The position numbers and the translations under genes are program-made. Source: Alphaproteobacteria bacterium (GTDB lineage Bacteria; Pseudomonadota; Alphaproteobacteria; Bin95). Taken from it: a DNA stretch of 64,000 nucleotides. Positions 26,516-35,772 of the stretch are shown here, in pieces. Within the stretch, counting starts at the first letter, position 1. Each line of letters begins with the position of its first letter. The stretch spans positions 896,001 to 960,000 of the forward strand of contig OZ224045.1 in the NCBI GenBank assembly GCA_963665325.3, given 5' to 3'. The notes under the pieces were generated by a model. It was not told where the DNA came from. It made no database searches and worked only from the letters and a program-made list of their open reading frames with translations.

Positions 26516-27721
26516 ATGCGAGGCAAGCGTATCCTCATATACAGCCATGACAGCTTCGGCCTCGGCCATCTGCGCCGCTGCCGGACGATTGCGCATGCGC
26601 TGGTCGGCCGGCGCCGGGACCTCTCGGTGCTGATCCTCTCGGGCTCGCCGATCATCGGCAGCTTCGATTTCCGCACGCGGGTCGATTTCGTGCGCGTGCC
26701 GGGCATGATCAAGCTGCGCAACGGCGACTACACGCCGCTCAACCTGAATATGGCGCCGGAAGAGACGCTGGCGATGCGGGCCTCGATCATCCGCCACACG
26801 GCGGAGATCTTCGACCCGGACCTGTTTCTGGTGGACAAGGAGCCGCTCGGCCTGCGCGGCGAGGTGGCCGAGACGCTGGAAATCCTGCGCCAACGGGGCA
26901 CGCGCCTCGTGCTCGGCCTGCGCGACGTGCTGGACGAGCCGGAAATGCTGGCGCCGGAATGGGAGCGCAAGAACGTCGCCCCGGCGCTCTCGCGGCTCTA
27001 CGACCAGATCTGGATATACGGCCTGCCGCAGATCTGCGACCCGCTGGACGGCCTCGGCCTGCCGGAGGCGGTGCAGCGCAAGGCGGTCTATACCGGATAC
27101 CTGCCGCGCAGCGTGCCGGATGCGCCGCTCTCGCCGGAAGCCGAGCGCGCGGCGGGCGAGCCCTTCGTGCTGGTGACGGCCGGCGGTGGCGGCGACGGCG
27201 ACGAGCTGATCGACTGGGTGCTGCGCGCCTATGAGCAGGCGGGCCCGATGCCGTGGCGGGCTGTGCTGGTGTTCGGGCCCTTCATGCCTTCGGAGCGCCA
27301 AGCGGAGTTCCGCCAGCGGGCGGCGGCGCTGCGGCAAGTCTCGACGCTGGTGTTCGACGCCCATCTGGAGGCGCTGATGGAGCGCGCCGCCGGGGTCGTC
27401 GCCATGGGGGGGTACAACACCTTTTGCGAGATCCTCTCGCTCGACAAGCCGGCAGTGATCGTGCCGCGCACCCGGCCCCGGCTGGAGCAGCGCATCCGCG
27501 CCGAGCGCGCACAGGAACTCGGCCTCGTGCGGATGCTGGACCCGGACTTCCTCGCCGACACCCGCGCCATGGCGGCAGCGATCCGCAACCTCGCCGTGCA
27601 GAACCGGCCGTCCGAGGTGGTCGTGCCGGGTCTGTTAGACGGCGTGGAGAGCATTGCGCGGCTCACGGATCGGGCGCTGGAGCGCCCGGCCGCCGAGTCG
27701 CTCAGGCTCGTGCAGCCTTGA
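26516..27721 (+). CDS. Glycosyltransferase (GT28-like C-terminus)
   Basis: YSHDSFGLGHLRR, TAGGGGDG, MGGYNTFCEIL. Confidence 0.88.
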   Translation: MRGKRILIYSHDSFGLGHLRRCRTIAHALVGRRRDLSVLILSGSPIIGSFDFRTRVDFVRVPGMIKLRNGDYTPLNLNMAPEETLAMRASIIRHTAEIFDPDLFLVDKEPLGLRGEVAETLEILRQRGTRLVLGLRDVLDEPEMLAPEWERKNVAPALSRLYDQIWIYGLPQICDPLDGLGLPEAVQRKAVYTGYLPRSVPDAPLSPEAERAAGEPFVLVTAGGGGDGDELIDWVLRAYEQAGPMPWRAVLVFGPFMPSERQAEFRQRAAALRQVSTLVFDAHLEALMERAAGVVAMGGYNTFCEILSLDKPAVIVPRTRPRLEQRIRAERAQELGLVRMLDPDFLADTRAMAAAIRNLAVQNRPSEVVVPGLLDGVESIARLTDRALERPAAESLRLVQP

Positions 27722-28947
27722 CCGTCGCGGTCGTCGTCAAGGGCTATCCGCGCCTTTCCGAAACCTTCATCGCACAGGAAATTCTGGGCCTTGAGGAGCG
27801 CGGGGTCGCCCAGCGCATCTTTTCGCTGCGGCACCCGACCGACCCAGCCCGCCACCCGATGCATGAGCGGATCGCGGCCCCGGTCCACTACCTGCCGGAA
27901 TATGTGCATGAGGAGCCGCTCCGGGCCTGGCGGGGCTGGCGAAGGGCGCGCCGCCTGCCGGGCTACCGCGCCGCCCGCGCCGCCTGGCTCCGAGATTGGC
28001 GGCGCGATCCGACGCCAAACCGGGGCCGGCGCTTCGCCCAGGCGGCCGTGCTGGCGACGGAACTGCCGCGGGATGTTGAGCGCCTGCATGTCCATTTCCT
28101 GCACACCCCGGCCTCCGTCGCCCGCTATGCCAGCCTGATGACCGGCCTGCCCTGGTCCTGCTCGGCGCACGCCAAGGACATCTGGACAACGCCCGAATGG
28201 GAAAAGCGCGAGAAACTGGCGGCGTGCGAGTGGCTGGCGACCTGCACCGGGTCCGGCGCAGAGCATCTGGAAGCGCTTGCGCCTGCGCCCGGGCGAGTGA
28301 AGCTGGTCTATCACGGCCTCGACCTGGAGCGCTTTCCTCCGCCGCCGGAGCGCGATGGGGCCGACGGCAGCGACCCGGAGCGGCCCGTCAACATCGTGTC
28401 GATCGGCCGCGCGGTGGAGAAGAAGGGCTACGACATCCTGATCGCGGCGCTGGGCCTGCTGCCGCCGGAGCTGCACTGGCGGTTCGTACATATCGGCGGC
28501 GGCAAGCTGGCTGGGCCGTTGGAGCGGGCCGCAGCGGACCTGCCGGCCTCATTTCTCGGCGCGCAGCCGCAGGACCGGGTGGTGGAGGAGCTGCGCAGAG
28601 CGGACTTGTTCGCGCTTGCCTGCCGGATCGCTCCCGACGGTGACCGCGACGGCCTGCCCAATGTGCTGATGGAAGCGGCGTCTCAGGGCCTGCCGGCCGT
28701 TTCGACGCGGGTTTCGGCCGTACCGGAGTTCGTACGGGCCGGGGAGTCCGGCCTGTTGGTCGAGCCGGAAGACCCCCACGCCTTCGCGGCGGCGCTCGCG
28801 GCGCTCATCCGCAATCCGGCGGAGAGGGCCGCGATGGGCCGGGCGGCCTATGCCCGCCTCCGCGCGGGCTTTTCCTTCGAGGCCGGCATCGACCGCCTCG
28901 CCGAGCGTTTCGGTGCGCCATGCGCATTGCGTTCCATGCACCGCTGA
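27718..28947 (+). CDS. Glycosyltransferase family 4
   Basis: TTG start overlapping the previous stop; KGYPRLSETFI, GRAVEKKG, DGLPNVLMEA. Confidence 0.88.
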   Translation: MTVAVVVKGYPRLSETFIAQEILGLEERGVAQRIFSLRHPTDPARHPMHERIAAPVHYLPEYVHEEPLRAWRGWRRARRLPGYRAARAAWLRDWRRDPTPNRGRRFAQAAVLATELPRDVERLHVHFLHTPASVARYASLMTGLPWSCSAHAKDIWTTPEWEKREKLAACEWLATCTGSGAEHLEALAPAPGRVKLVYHGLDLERFPPPPERDGADGSDPERPVNIVSIGRAVEKKGYDILIAALGLLPPELHWRFVHIGGGKLAGPLERAAADLPASFLGAQPQDRVVEELRRADLFALACRIAPDGDRDGLPNVLMEAASQGLPAVSTRVSAVPEFVRAGESGLLVEPEDPHAFAAALAALIRNPAERAAMGRAAYARLRAGFSFEAGIDRLAERFGAPCALRSMHR

Positions 28948-29963
28948 AGCCGCCCGACCATCCCGTGCCCTCCGGCGAGCGGCAGATCGCGCGCCTCATG
29001 CTGCGTGCACTGGAAGCGGCCGGCCACGAGGTGTTCCTCGCCTCGCGCTTCCGCCCGCTGGACAAGCGGGGCGACCCCTGCCGCCAGCAGCGCCTTTGCG
29101 CGCTCGGCGGACGGCTTGTCGAAAGACTGGAAGCGCGCCTGCCGGCCTTCGACGCTTGGTTTACTTACCACCTGTACTACAAGGCGCCGGACTGGCTGGG
29201 ACCGCGTCTGGCGGCGGCGCGCGGCGCGGCCTACTGGGTGGCGGAAGCCTCCCACGCACCGAAGCGCGCCGGCGGCCCCTGGGATCTCGGGCACCGTGCC
29301 GTCGCCGAAGCCATAGCCCGCGCGGACCGACTGTTCTGTCTCAACCCCAACGACCGCGCCTGCCTCGCGCAACTCGTCCCCCCGGAGCGTATGACCGATC
29401 TGCCCCCTTTCCTGGATGCGTCGGCCTGGCGGACGGCATCCTGCGGCGGCGACCCGCCCATGCTCGTGACCGTGGCGATGATGCGCGAGGGGGCGAAGCT
29501 CGCCTCCTACCGCCGGCTGGGCGCGGCGCTGGCAAAACTGGACGACCTGCCCTGGCGGCTGCTCGTGGTGGGCGACGGGCCGGCGCGCGAGCAGGTGCTG
29601 GCGGCGTTGCCGGCGGAGCGCATCTGCTGGCTTGGCAGGCGGGGCGAAGCGGAACTGCCGGCAATTCTGGCGAATGCCGACCTCTTCGTCTGGCCGGCGG
29701 AGCGCGAAGCCATCGGCCTGGCATTGCTGGAAGCCGCCGCTGCCGGCCTGCCCGTGGTAGCGGCCGAGACCGACGGTGTGCCGGCGGTAGTGGCGCATGG
29801 CGAGACGGGATTGCTGGCGCCGCCGGGTGATACTGGCGCCTTCGCCGGCTGCCTGCGCGCGCTGCTGACGGATCCCGCCCGGCGGCGGGCGATGGGCGCG
29901 GCTGCGCGGAAGCGCGTGCTCGCGCGCCACGACATCGTCCACGCGGCGGCGGTACTGGCATGA
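28920..29963 (+). CDS. Glycosyltransferase family 4
   Basis: APLKPPDHPVPSGER, EAIGLALLEAAAAGLPVV. Confidence 0.88.
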   Translation: MRIAFHAPLKPPDHPVPSGERQIARLMLRALEAAGHEVFLASRFRPLDKRGDPCRQQRLCALGGRLVERLEARLPAFDAWFTYHLYYKAPDWLGPRLAAARGAAYWVAEASHAPKRAGGPWDLGHRAVAEAIARADRLFCLNPNDRACLAQLVPPERMTDLPPFLDASAWRTASCGGDPPMLVTVAMMREGAKLASYRRLGAALAKLDDLPWRLLVVGDGPAREQVLAALPAERICWLGRRGEAELPAILANADLFVWPAEREAIGLALLEAAAAGLPVVAAETDGVPAVVAHGETGLLAPPGDTGAFAGCLRALLTDPARRRAMGAAARKRVLARHDIVHAAAVLA

Positions 29964-30547
29964 CCCTGCTTGCCGTCATCCGGCACGGGCCGACCGTCTG
30001 GAACCGGGAACGCCGCTTGCAGGGTCGGTGCGACATTCCGCTGGACGCCGAGGGCGTGGCTGAGGTTGCAGGGTGGAAGCTGCCGCCGGGCTTCTCCTCC
30101 TTCGACTGGACGGCGAGCCCACTTGCCCGCGCACGGCGCACGGCGGCGATTCTGGCCGGGGGCGCGGTCTCCTGCGCGCCGGCGCTCATCGAGATGGACT
30201 GGGGCGAATGGGAAGGCCGGCGGCTGGCGGAACTCCGCGCGGAACTCGGCGCGGTCATGACCCGGAACGAGGCGCGCGGCCTCGATTTCCTTCCGCCCGG
30301 CGGCGAGAGCCCGCGCATGGTGCAGCGCCGCCTCGCGCCCTGGCTGGCGGAAGTGGCGCGCCGCGGCAGGCCGATGGTCGCGGTCGCGCATCGCGGTGTG
30401 CTGCGCGCGCTTTATGCCGAGGCCGCCGGTTGGGACATGACGGGCCGTCCGCCGCGCGGGCTGTCCTCGCCGGCGGCGCATCTGTTCGAAATCGCAGCCG
30501 ATGGACGGCCCCGGCTGCGCAGCCTCGACATACAGGCGTTCCGATGA
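29960..30547 (+). CDS. Histidine phosphatase family protein
   Basis: RHG, SPLARARRTA, EMDWGEWEG, VAHRG. Confidence 0.9.
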   Translation: MTLLAVIRHGPTVWNRERRLQGRCDIPLDAEGVAEVAGWKLPPGFSSFDWTASPLARARRTAAILAGGAVSCAPALIEMDWGEWEGRRLAELRAELGAVMTRNEARGLDFLPPGGESPRMVQRRLAPWLAEVARRGRPMVAVAHRGVLRALYAEAAGWDMTGRPPRGLSSPAAHLFEIAADGRPRLRSLDIQAFR

Positions 30548-31674
30548 AGGTCTTTTTCTGGGTCCAGCACCTGCTCGGCATCGGCCATCTGCGCCGTACA
30601 CTGTCGCTTGCGAGGGCGACGGCCGCCGCCGGGCTCGAAACTGTGGTGGCCTCGGGCGGCATGCCGGTGCCCGGCGCCGACCCCGGCGGGGCCAAGCTGG
30701 TGCAGCTTCCGCCGGTGCGCGCCGTGGACCGCTATTTCAAGAAGCTCGTGGATGAGCACGACCGGCCGATAGATGACGCCTGGCGCAATCGACGGCGAGA
30801 AGCGCTGTTCGACGTTTATGAGGCGGCCCGGCCGGGTGCAGTGGTGACGGAGCTCTTCCCCTTCGGCCGGCGGCAATTGCGCTTCGAGTTGGAGCCGCTT
30901 CTGTGGCAGGCACGCGGGGATGGCTGCGCCGTCGTCTCCTCGGTGCGCGACATACTCGTGGAACCCGACAAGCCCGAGCGGATCGGCGAGATGATCGAGC
31001 GGATCGAGCAGTGGTACGACCTGGTTCTGGTCCACGGCGATCCGGAATTCGTGCCCTTCGATGTGACCTTTCCCGGCCTCGGCGAGATCGCGCCGCTCGT
31101 GCGCTACACCGGCTACACGGTGGACCGGGCCGCCGCGCCGCCCCCGGGCGACGGGGAGGGCGAGGTGCTGGTCTCGGCCGGTGGCGGGGCGGTCGGCGAG
31201 CCGCTCTTGCGCGCTGCGCTCGCCGCCCGTCCGCTCTCGACCGCCCGCGACCGGAGCTGGCGCTTCCTCGTCGGAGAAGGGCTACCGGAAGCCGTGTTTG
31301 CCGATCTCGTCCGCGTTGCCCCGCCCGGCATTGTCGTCGAGCGGGCGCGGCCGGACTTCCAGGCACTGCTCGGCCGCGCTCATCTCTCCGTCTCGCAGGG
31401 CGGCTACAACACGGTGATGGAAGTGCTGGCTGCGGGGCTCCGCGCCGTCGTCGCGCCCTATGCGGGCGGGCACGAAAGCGAGCAGACCTTGCGCGCGGGC
31501 GCCCTTGCCGAACGCGGCGCCCTGCAGGTGGTGAGCGAGGACGAGCTTTCCCCGGACCGGCTGGCCGCCGCCATCGACCGAGCGCTTGCCGGTCCGCCGT
31601 TGGGCGCCGCCGGCATCGACCTTGGCGGCATTCCGGCGACGGTAGCGTTGCTGCGGGACCTCAATGGCCGCTGA
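30544..31674 (+). CDS. Glycosyltransferase (GT28-like)
   Basis: VQHLLGIGHLRR, ELFPFGRR, SAGGGAVG, SQGGYNT. Confidence 0.87.
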   Translation: MKVFFWVQHLLGIGHLRRTLSLARATAAAGLETVVASGGMPVPGADPGGAKLVQLPPVRAVDRYFKKLVDEHDRPIDDAWRNRRREALFDVYEAARPGAVVTELFPFGRRQLRFELEPLLWQARGDGCAVVSSVRDILVEPDKPERIGEMIERIEQWYDLVLVHGDPEFVPFDVTFPGLGEIAPLVRYTGYTVDRAAAPPPGDGEGEVLVSAGGGAVGEPLLRAALAARPLSTARDRSWRFLVGEGLPEAVFADLVRVAPPGIVVERARPDFQALLGRAHLSVSQGGYNTVMEVLAAGLRAVVAPYAGGHESEQTLRAGALAERGALQVVSEDELSPDRLAAAIDRALAGPPLGAAGIDLGGIPATVALLRDLNGR

Positions 31675-32374
31675 CCCCTGGCAAGCGCTGGCGGAGGAAC
31701 TCGACCTCTGGCCGGAACCGGCGGATTTCTGGTGGCGCGACGACGATGCCCAGGCTTGGACGCCTGCGCTGAAGCGGCTGGTGGAGGCTCTGGACGGCGT
31801 GCCCTTTGCGCTTGCGGTCGTTCCGGCCGAGGCCGTCGCCGACCTGCCGGGCACGATCCTCCAGCATGGCTGGCGCCACCGGAACCATGCCGGACCGGAG
31901 GAGAAAAAGGCGGAGTACGGCCGCCACCGTTCCGTAGCGGCCATGCTGATCGAGCTCGAAGCCGGTCGCAAGCGGCTGCGGTCGCTTTACGGCCGGCGCT
32001 TCCTGCCGGTTCTGGCGCCGCCCTGGAACCGGATCGACCCGGTGCTGGCAGAACGACTGCCGGCGGCGGGCTGGCAGGGCCTCTCCGTCTTTCGCCCCCG
32101 CCTCAGGGCCTTCGAGTCCAACGCCCATGTCGATCCGATCGCCTGGCGTACGCACCGTCGCTTTCGCGGCGAGGCCGAGGTGCTTGGCGACATCGCCGCC
32201 CATCTCCGCGCCCGGCGCACGGGAACGGCAGACCGGAGCGAGCCGACCGGCATCCTCTCTCATCACCTGGTCGCCGACGAAGCCGGTTTCGCCTTCTTCC
32301 GCCGGCTCGTCCGCTTCACCGACGCGCACCCCCGCGCCCGCTGGCGAGACCCTGCAACCCTGTGGCCGAAGTGA
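31664..32374 (+). CDS. Polysaccharide deacetylase family protein
   Basis: WWRDDD, QHGWRHRNH, PPWNRI, GILSHH. Confidence 0.82.
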   Translation: MAADPWQALAEELDLWPEPADFWWRDDDAQAWTPALKRLVEALDGVPFALAVVPAEAVADLPGTILQHGWRHRNHAGPEEKKAEYGRHRSVAAMLIELEAGRKRLRSLYGRRFLPVLAPPWNRIDPVLAERLPAAGWQGLSVFRPRLRAFESNAHVDPIAWRTHRRFRGEAEVLGDIAAHLRARRTGTADRSEPTGILSHHLVADEAGFAFFRRLVRFTDAHPRARWRDPATLWPK

Positions 32375-32512
32375 ACGAAGCGGGGCCCCAAGCATCCTCG
32401 ACAAGTTGCAGTAGCATGCCGAACCGCTATATCTCTCGTCCTGTGCGTCGTCCTGCGGATAGATTGTCATTTGTCGGTCGGAACCGACGCCAAACCCGGT
32501 GAGGCGATCCCT

Positions 32513-32965
32513 ATGCAGTTGACGCGATACAGCGACTATTCCCTGAGGGCCCTCATCTATCTGGGCCTCAACCGGCACCGGCGCTGCACCATCCGGGAAA
32601 TCGCCGCCGCCTACGGCATTTCGGAAAACCATTTGATGAAACTGGTCCACGATCTGGGCCGGCGAGGTTTCATTGCGACCATTCGAGGGAAAAACGGCGG
32701 CCTTGAGCTCGCAAGGCCGGCGAGCGAAATCAATCTGGGCGAAGTATTCCGGGCGACCGAAGGGAATTTCCATCTTGTCGAGTGCTTTGCGGACACGAAT
32801 TCCTGTCCGATAGCAGGGCCCTGTGTGCTGAGCCGGGTTCTGGACGAGGCCCTGCAGGCCTTTATGGAGGTCCTCGACCGGCACACCCTCGATGACCTCC
32901 TAACGCCGACGGACGCCCTGAACCGCATATTCGCGACCGGGCAAACGGACGCGATTCGAGTGTGA
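32513..32965 (+). CDS. nsrR: NO-sensitive Rrf2-family repressor
   Basis: MQLTRYSDYSLRALIYL, ISENHLMK, RGKNGG, three Cys in VECF...CPIAGPC; next to nirK. Confidence 0.82.
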   Translation: MQLTRYSDYSLRALIYLGLNRHRRCTIREIAAAYGISENHLMKLVHDLGRRGFIATIRGKNGGLELARPASEINLGEVFRATEGNFHLVECFADTNSCPIAGPCVLSRVLDEALQAFMEVLDRHTLDDLLTPTDALNRIFATGQTDAIRV

Positions 32966-32980
32966 GGGACCGTCCGGGCG

Positions 32981-33787
32981 CTACAGGTCCCGGACGACCC
33001 GAAAACCGAAATTACCGGGCATGGGCTTGATCGAGCAGCCGCCGCTTCCGATGTCGCGCACGAAGGTCGGCATGTAGCTCCTGTGCTCGCCCTGCAGGAT
33101 CCGGGTGCCGCAATTCCGTCGGGAAATCCGGCCGTCCCGTGATTCGTAGGTCCGCTGCCAGCAACTGTCGGTCCACTCCCACACATTGCCTTCCGTGCCG
33201 AACACGCCGAATGCATTGGCCTTGCCGGAATCGACCGGCTTCGTCTTCTTCGTCTTCCTCGCCTCAAGCAGATAGGTCGCCGCCCAGGCCAGCCTCGGGT
33301 CGGTGAACAGCGGCGGCGGGCCGACCCGTTCGCCGGCGCCCGCCCGGGCCGCATACTCCCATTCGTCTTCGCTCGGCAGGCGGTAACGGCGGCCCGTCGC
33401 CTCCGAAAGCCAGTCGAGATATCGGGCGACATCGTCCCAGCTCACGTCGATGACGGGCCGGTTCGCGCGGCCCCACCCCCTGTCGTTGGGGCGGTGCGTA
33501 CATCCCCCGGCCCGGTGGCAGCGGTCCCACTGCTCGAACGTGACCTCGAACCTTCCGATCAGGAAGGGGTGCTCGAAGACGACATGGCGCGGCTCTCCGG
33601 TGCCATCGGGCCGGGCGACCGCTATCTCGCCGGCGGGGACGAGAACGAGCTCGGGCAGGTATTCGTCCGGAACCGCAGGTGCGAAGGATGCGCGGAGAGC
33701 CGGGCCGCTGAAGAACAGCAGCAGGGCCGCGAGCCCTGCCACGAACCCGGTCAGCACAGCAAGCCGGCCCGTCGATAGTCCGGACAT
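32981..33787 (-). CDS. nirV: NirV-like protein (FGE-sulfatase fold)
   Basis: FEVTFEQW, PVIDVSWDD, YRLPSEDEWEYAAR, GNVWEW, GFRVVRD; directly downstream of nirK. Confidence 0.8.
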   Translation of the reverse strand: MSGLSTGRLAVLTGFVAGLAALLLFFSGPALRASFAPAVPDEYLPELVLVPAGEIAVARPDGTGEPRHVVFEHPFLIGRFEVTFEQWDRCHRAGGCTHRPNDRGWGRANRPVIDVSWDDVARYLDWLSEATGRRYRLPSEDEWEYAARAGAGERVGPPPLFTDPRLAWAATYLLEARKTKKTKPVDSGKANAFGVFGTEGNVWEWTDSCWQRTYESRDGRISRRNCGTRILQGEHRSYMPTFVRDIGSGGCSIKPMPGNFGFRVVRDL

Positions 33788-33859
33788 CGGGCACTCCTGT
33801 CTGCTGCATCGCCCCGCCCGGTCCGGCCGGACCGGGAGCGGCCCGGATGCCTGTCGGGT

Positions 33860-34981
33860 CTAGGCCGGAATTGGGCCCGGCGCCTGGACCTGCGCCATCA
33901 GGTCGTCGTCCCAATCGCCGTCAACCACGACATGGGCAAGCGCGCCCAGCTGCACGGCCTCGATCAGGTTGTGGGAGAGGTACACATACACGCCCGACTG
34001 CCGGAAGGTGTAGAGCGCCGCACCCGCGGAGCCGCCCCGGATGAACCAGGTCTCGAGGCCTTCCATCGGCGGATCGACGAAGGAGCCCTGCTCCCAGACA
34101 TAGTCGCCGTGGCCGCCGATGAGATGCGGCCTCGAATCCCGGTTGGCCTGGGAGTGGACGAACAGCACGGACTCGCCGACCTTGGAGGTCAGGGCGTTGT
34201 CGCCGGTAAGCGCGCCGACCTTGCCGTTCATCACGACATGCGTGGGCGTGAGCGTGCGCATCAGGTCGAGCGTGTCGGCCATCGCGTCGCTGTGCGACTC
34301 GTATTCCATGTAGTCGCCATCGGCATTGCGCGGGACGTAGAAGTCCTGCTCGCCGACATAATAGACCTTGTCGTAGCTGAGCCGGTTGCCCTGGCGGTCC
34401 TTCAGCCCATCCCTCGGCAGCACCATGACCGCGCCGTTCATTCCGGAAACGACATGGTAAGGAATCATGATTCCCCCGGGCGCGCAGTGGTAGATGAAGG
34501 TGCCCGGCTTGGTCGCCTTCCAGCGGAGCACGACCTGTTCGCCCGGCTGGACGAGCGTAAGCCCGCCGCCGCCGAGAGCGCCCGTGGACGCATGGAAGTC
34601 GATATTGTGCTCCATGACGTTGGTTTCGGGGTTCTTCAGCGTGAGCTCGATATAGTCGCCCTCGTGGCAGACCATCAGCGGGCCGGGAATCGAGCCGTTG
34701 AACGACAGGGCGTTGATGACGGTCCCGTCATCGTCGATCTCGCGCTTCTCCTCGTGGACGGTCAGCTCCACCTCGACAATCTTCGGACCGCCCGTCGCGA
34801 CCTGCTCGTGTTCCGGCGCGAATGGCGGAGCAACGAGCTCCTGCTTGACACGCGGCAGGTTGGCGAGGTCGGCCTTGACCGCGGCGTTGCCCGTCGAGGC
34901 CTTCACGATGGGGCTCAAAGCCGAAATGGCGCCCAAGGTGCCGCCGGCCCCAAGAAGCTGGCGTCTGTTCAACTGAAGCAT
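33860..34981 (-). CDS. nirK: Copper-containing nitrite reductase with Tat signal
   Basis: NRRQLL; [37 protein letters not shown]. Confidence 0.96.
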   Translation of the reverse strand: MLQLNRRQLLGAGGTLGAISALSPIVKASTGNAAVKADLANLPRVKQELVAPPFAPEHEQVATGGPKIVEVELTVHEEKREIDDDGTVINALSFNGSIPGPLMVCHEGDYIELTLKNPETNVMEHNIDFHASTGALGGGGLTLVQPGEQVVLRWKATKPGTFIYHCAPGGIMIPYHVVSGMNGAVMVLPRDGLKDRQGNRLSYDKVYYVGEQDFYVPRNADGDYMEYESHSDAMADTLDLMRTLTPTHVVMNGKVGALTGDNALTSKVGESVLFVHSQANRDSRPHLIGGHGDYVWEQGSFVDPPMEGLETWFIRGGSAGAALYTFRQSGVYVYLSHNLIEAVQLGALAHVVVDGDWDDDLMAQVQAPGPIPA

Positions 34982-35086
34982 GACTCGCGTCTCCTGTCTG
35001 CTTTTGCCTCACGGCCTGGGTCGATGCACCCAAACGCGGACCGTCGGTGCAACCGGCACATTCGCCGGTCCGAATATGGGGACTAG

Positions 35087-35109
35087 AAGATGTATCCTGA
35101 ATGAATGTT
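35087..35109. promoter_or_regulatory. Candidate NsrR operator upstream of nirK
   Basis: AAGATGTATcctgaATGAATGTT: a 23-bp imperfect inverted repeat resembling the AAGATGYAT-N5-ATRCATCTT pattern. Confidence 0.65.
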
Positions 35110-35252
35110 ATAGACTGTCAAGCAGGAACGGCCGCTTCGGTAGGCAGCGGAATTGCGGCGGCCAGCGGAATCGCGCACACTCGAACCGGTCCGGGTCAAA
35201 AGGGGGCCGCGCGATCTCGACGACGGCGGAATCGGCCGCACCCGGAGGGGGC

Positions 35253-35747
35253 GTGGCGCTGGGTTATCCGGCCAGGACGCTGTGGCCGGACTATGTGCGC
35301 GCGGGCATCGGGCTTTCCATCGCGCTCCTGCCGATGCCGTGGGTGCCACCCGGCAGTTTCGGCAATTGGCTGCTTGCTTTGCTTGCCCTGCTGTTCGGCG
35401 GGTTCGCCGCCATGACCTGGGTGAAACAGCGCTCCACGGTACGGATGAACCCGGACGGCATCCGCATCCATGGGCCGGTGGGGAAAGCCATTGCCTGGGA
35501 TACGCTCGACCGGCTTGCGCTGCGGTTCTATTCCACGCGCAGGGAACGCGGCCATGGCTGGATGCAAATGAAACTTGCCGGCGGCGGCACGACGATCACC
35601 GTCGATTCCAACCTTGATCGGTTCAACCTCGTGGCCGCGCGGGCGGCTCGGGCGGCGGCCGAAAACGCGCTCGCGCTTGACCCGACCACGCTTGCGAATC
35701 TGGAGTCGCTCGGTGTGTGGCCGGTCGATATGGAGGCCGCGCGTTGA
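35253..35747 (+). CDS. Small membrane protein (two TM helices + PH-like domain)
   Basis: GGAGG RBS + GTG; hydrophobic helices; LRFYSTRR...GWMQMKL. Confidence 0.65.
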   Translation: MALGYPARTLWPDYVRAGIGLSIALLPMPWVPPGSFGNWLLALLALLFGGFAAMTWVKQRSTVRMNPDGIRIHGPVGKAIAWDTLDRLALRFYSTRRERGHGWMQMKLAGGGTTITVDSNLDRFNLVAARAARAAAENALALDPTTLANLESLGVWPVDMEAAR

Positions 35748-35772
35748 GCGCGCGTGTGGAGAGGTCCGCGCG

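Noticed and set aside
32981-33787. Formylglycine-generating enzyme or DGR target protein
   Set aside because: Position directly behind nirK fits NirV; no sulfatase, reverse transcriptase or template repeat nearby.
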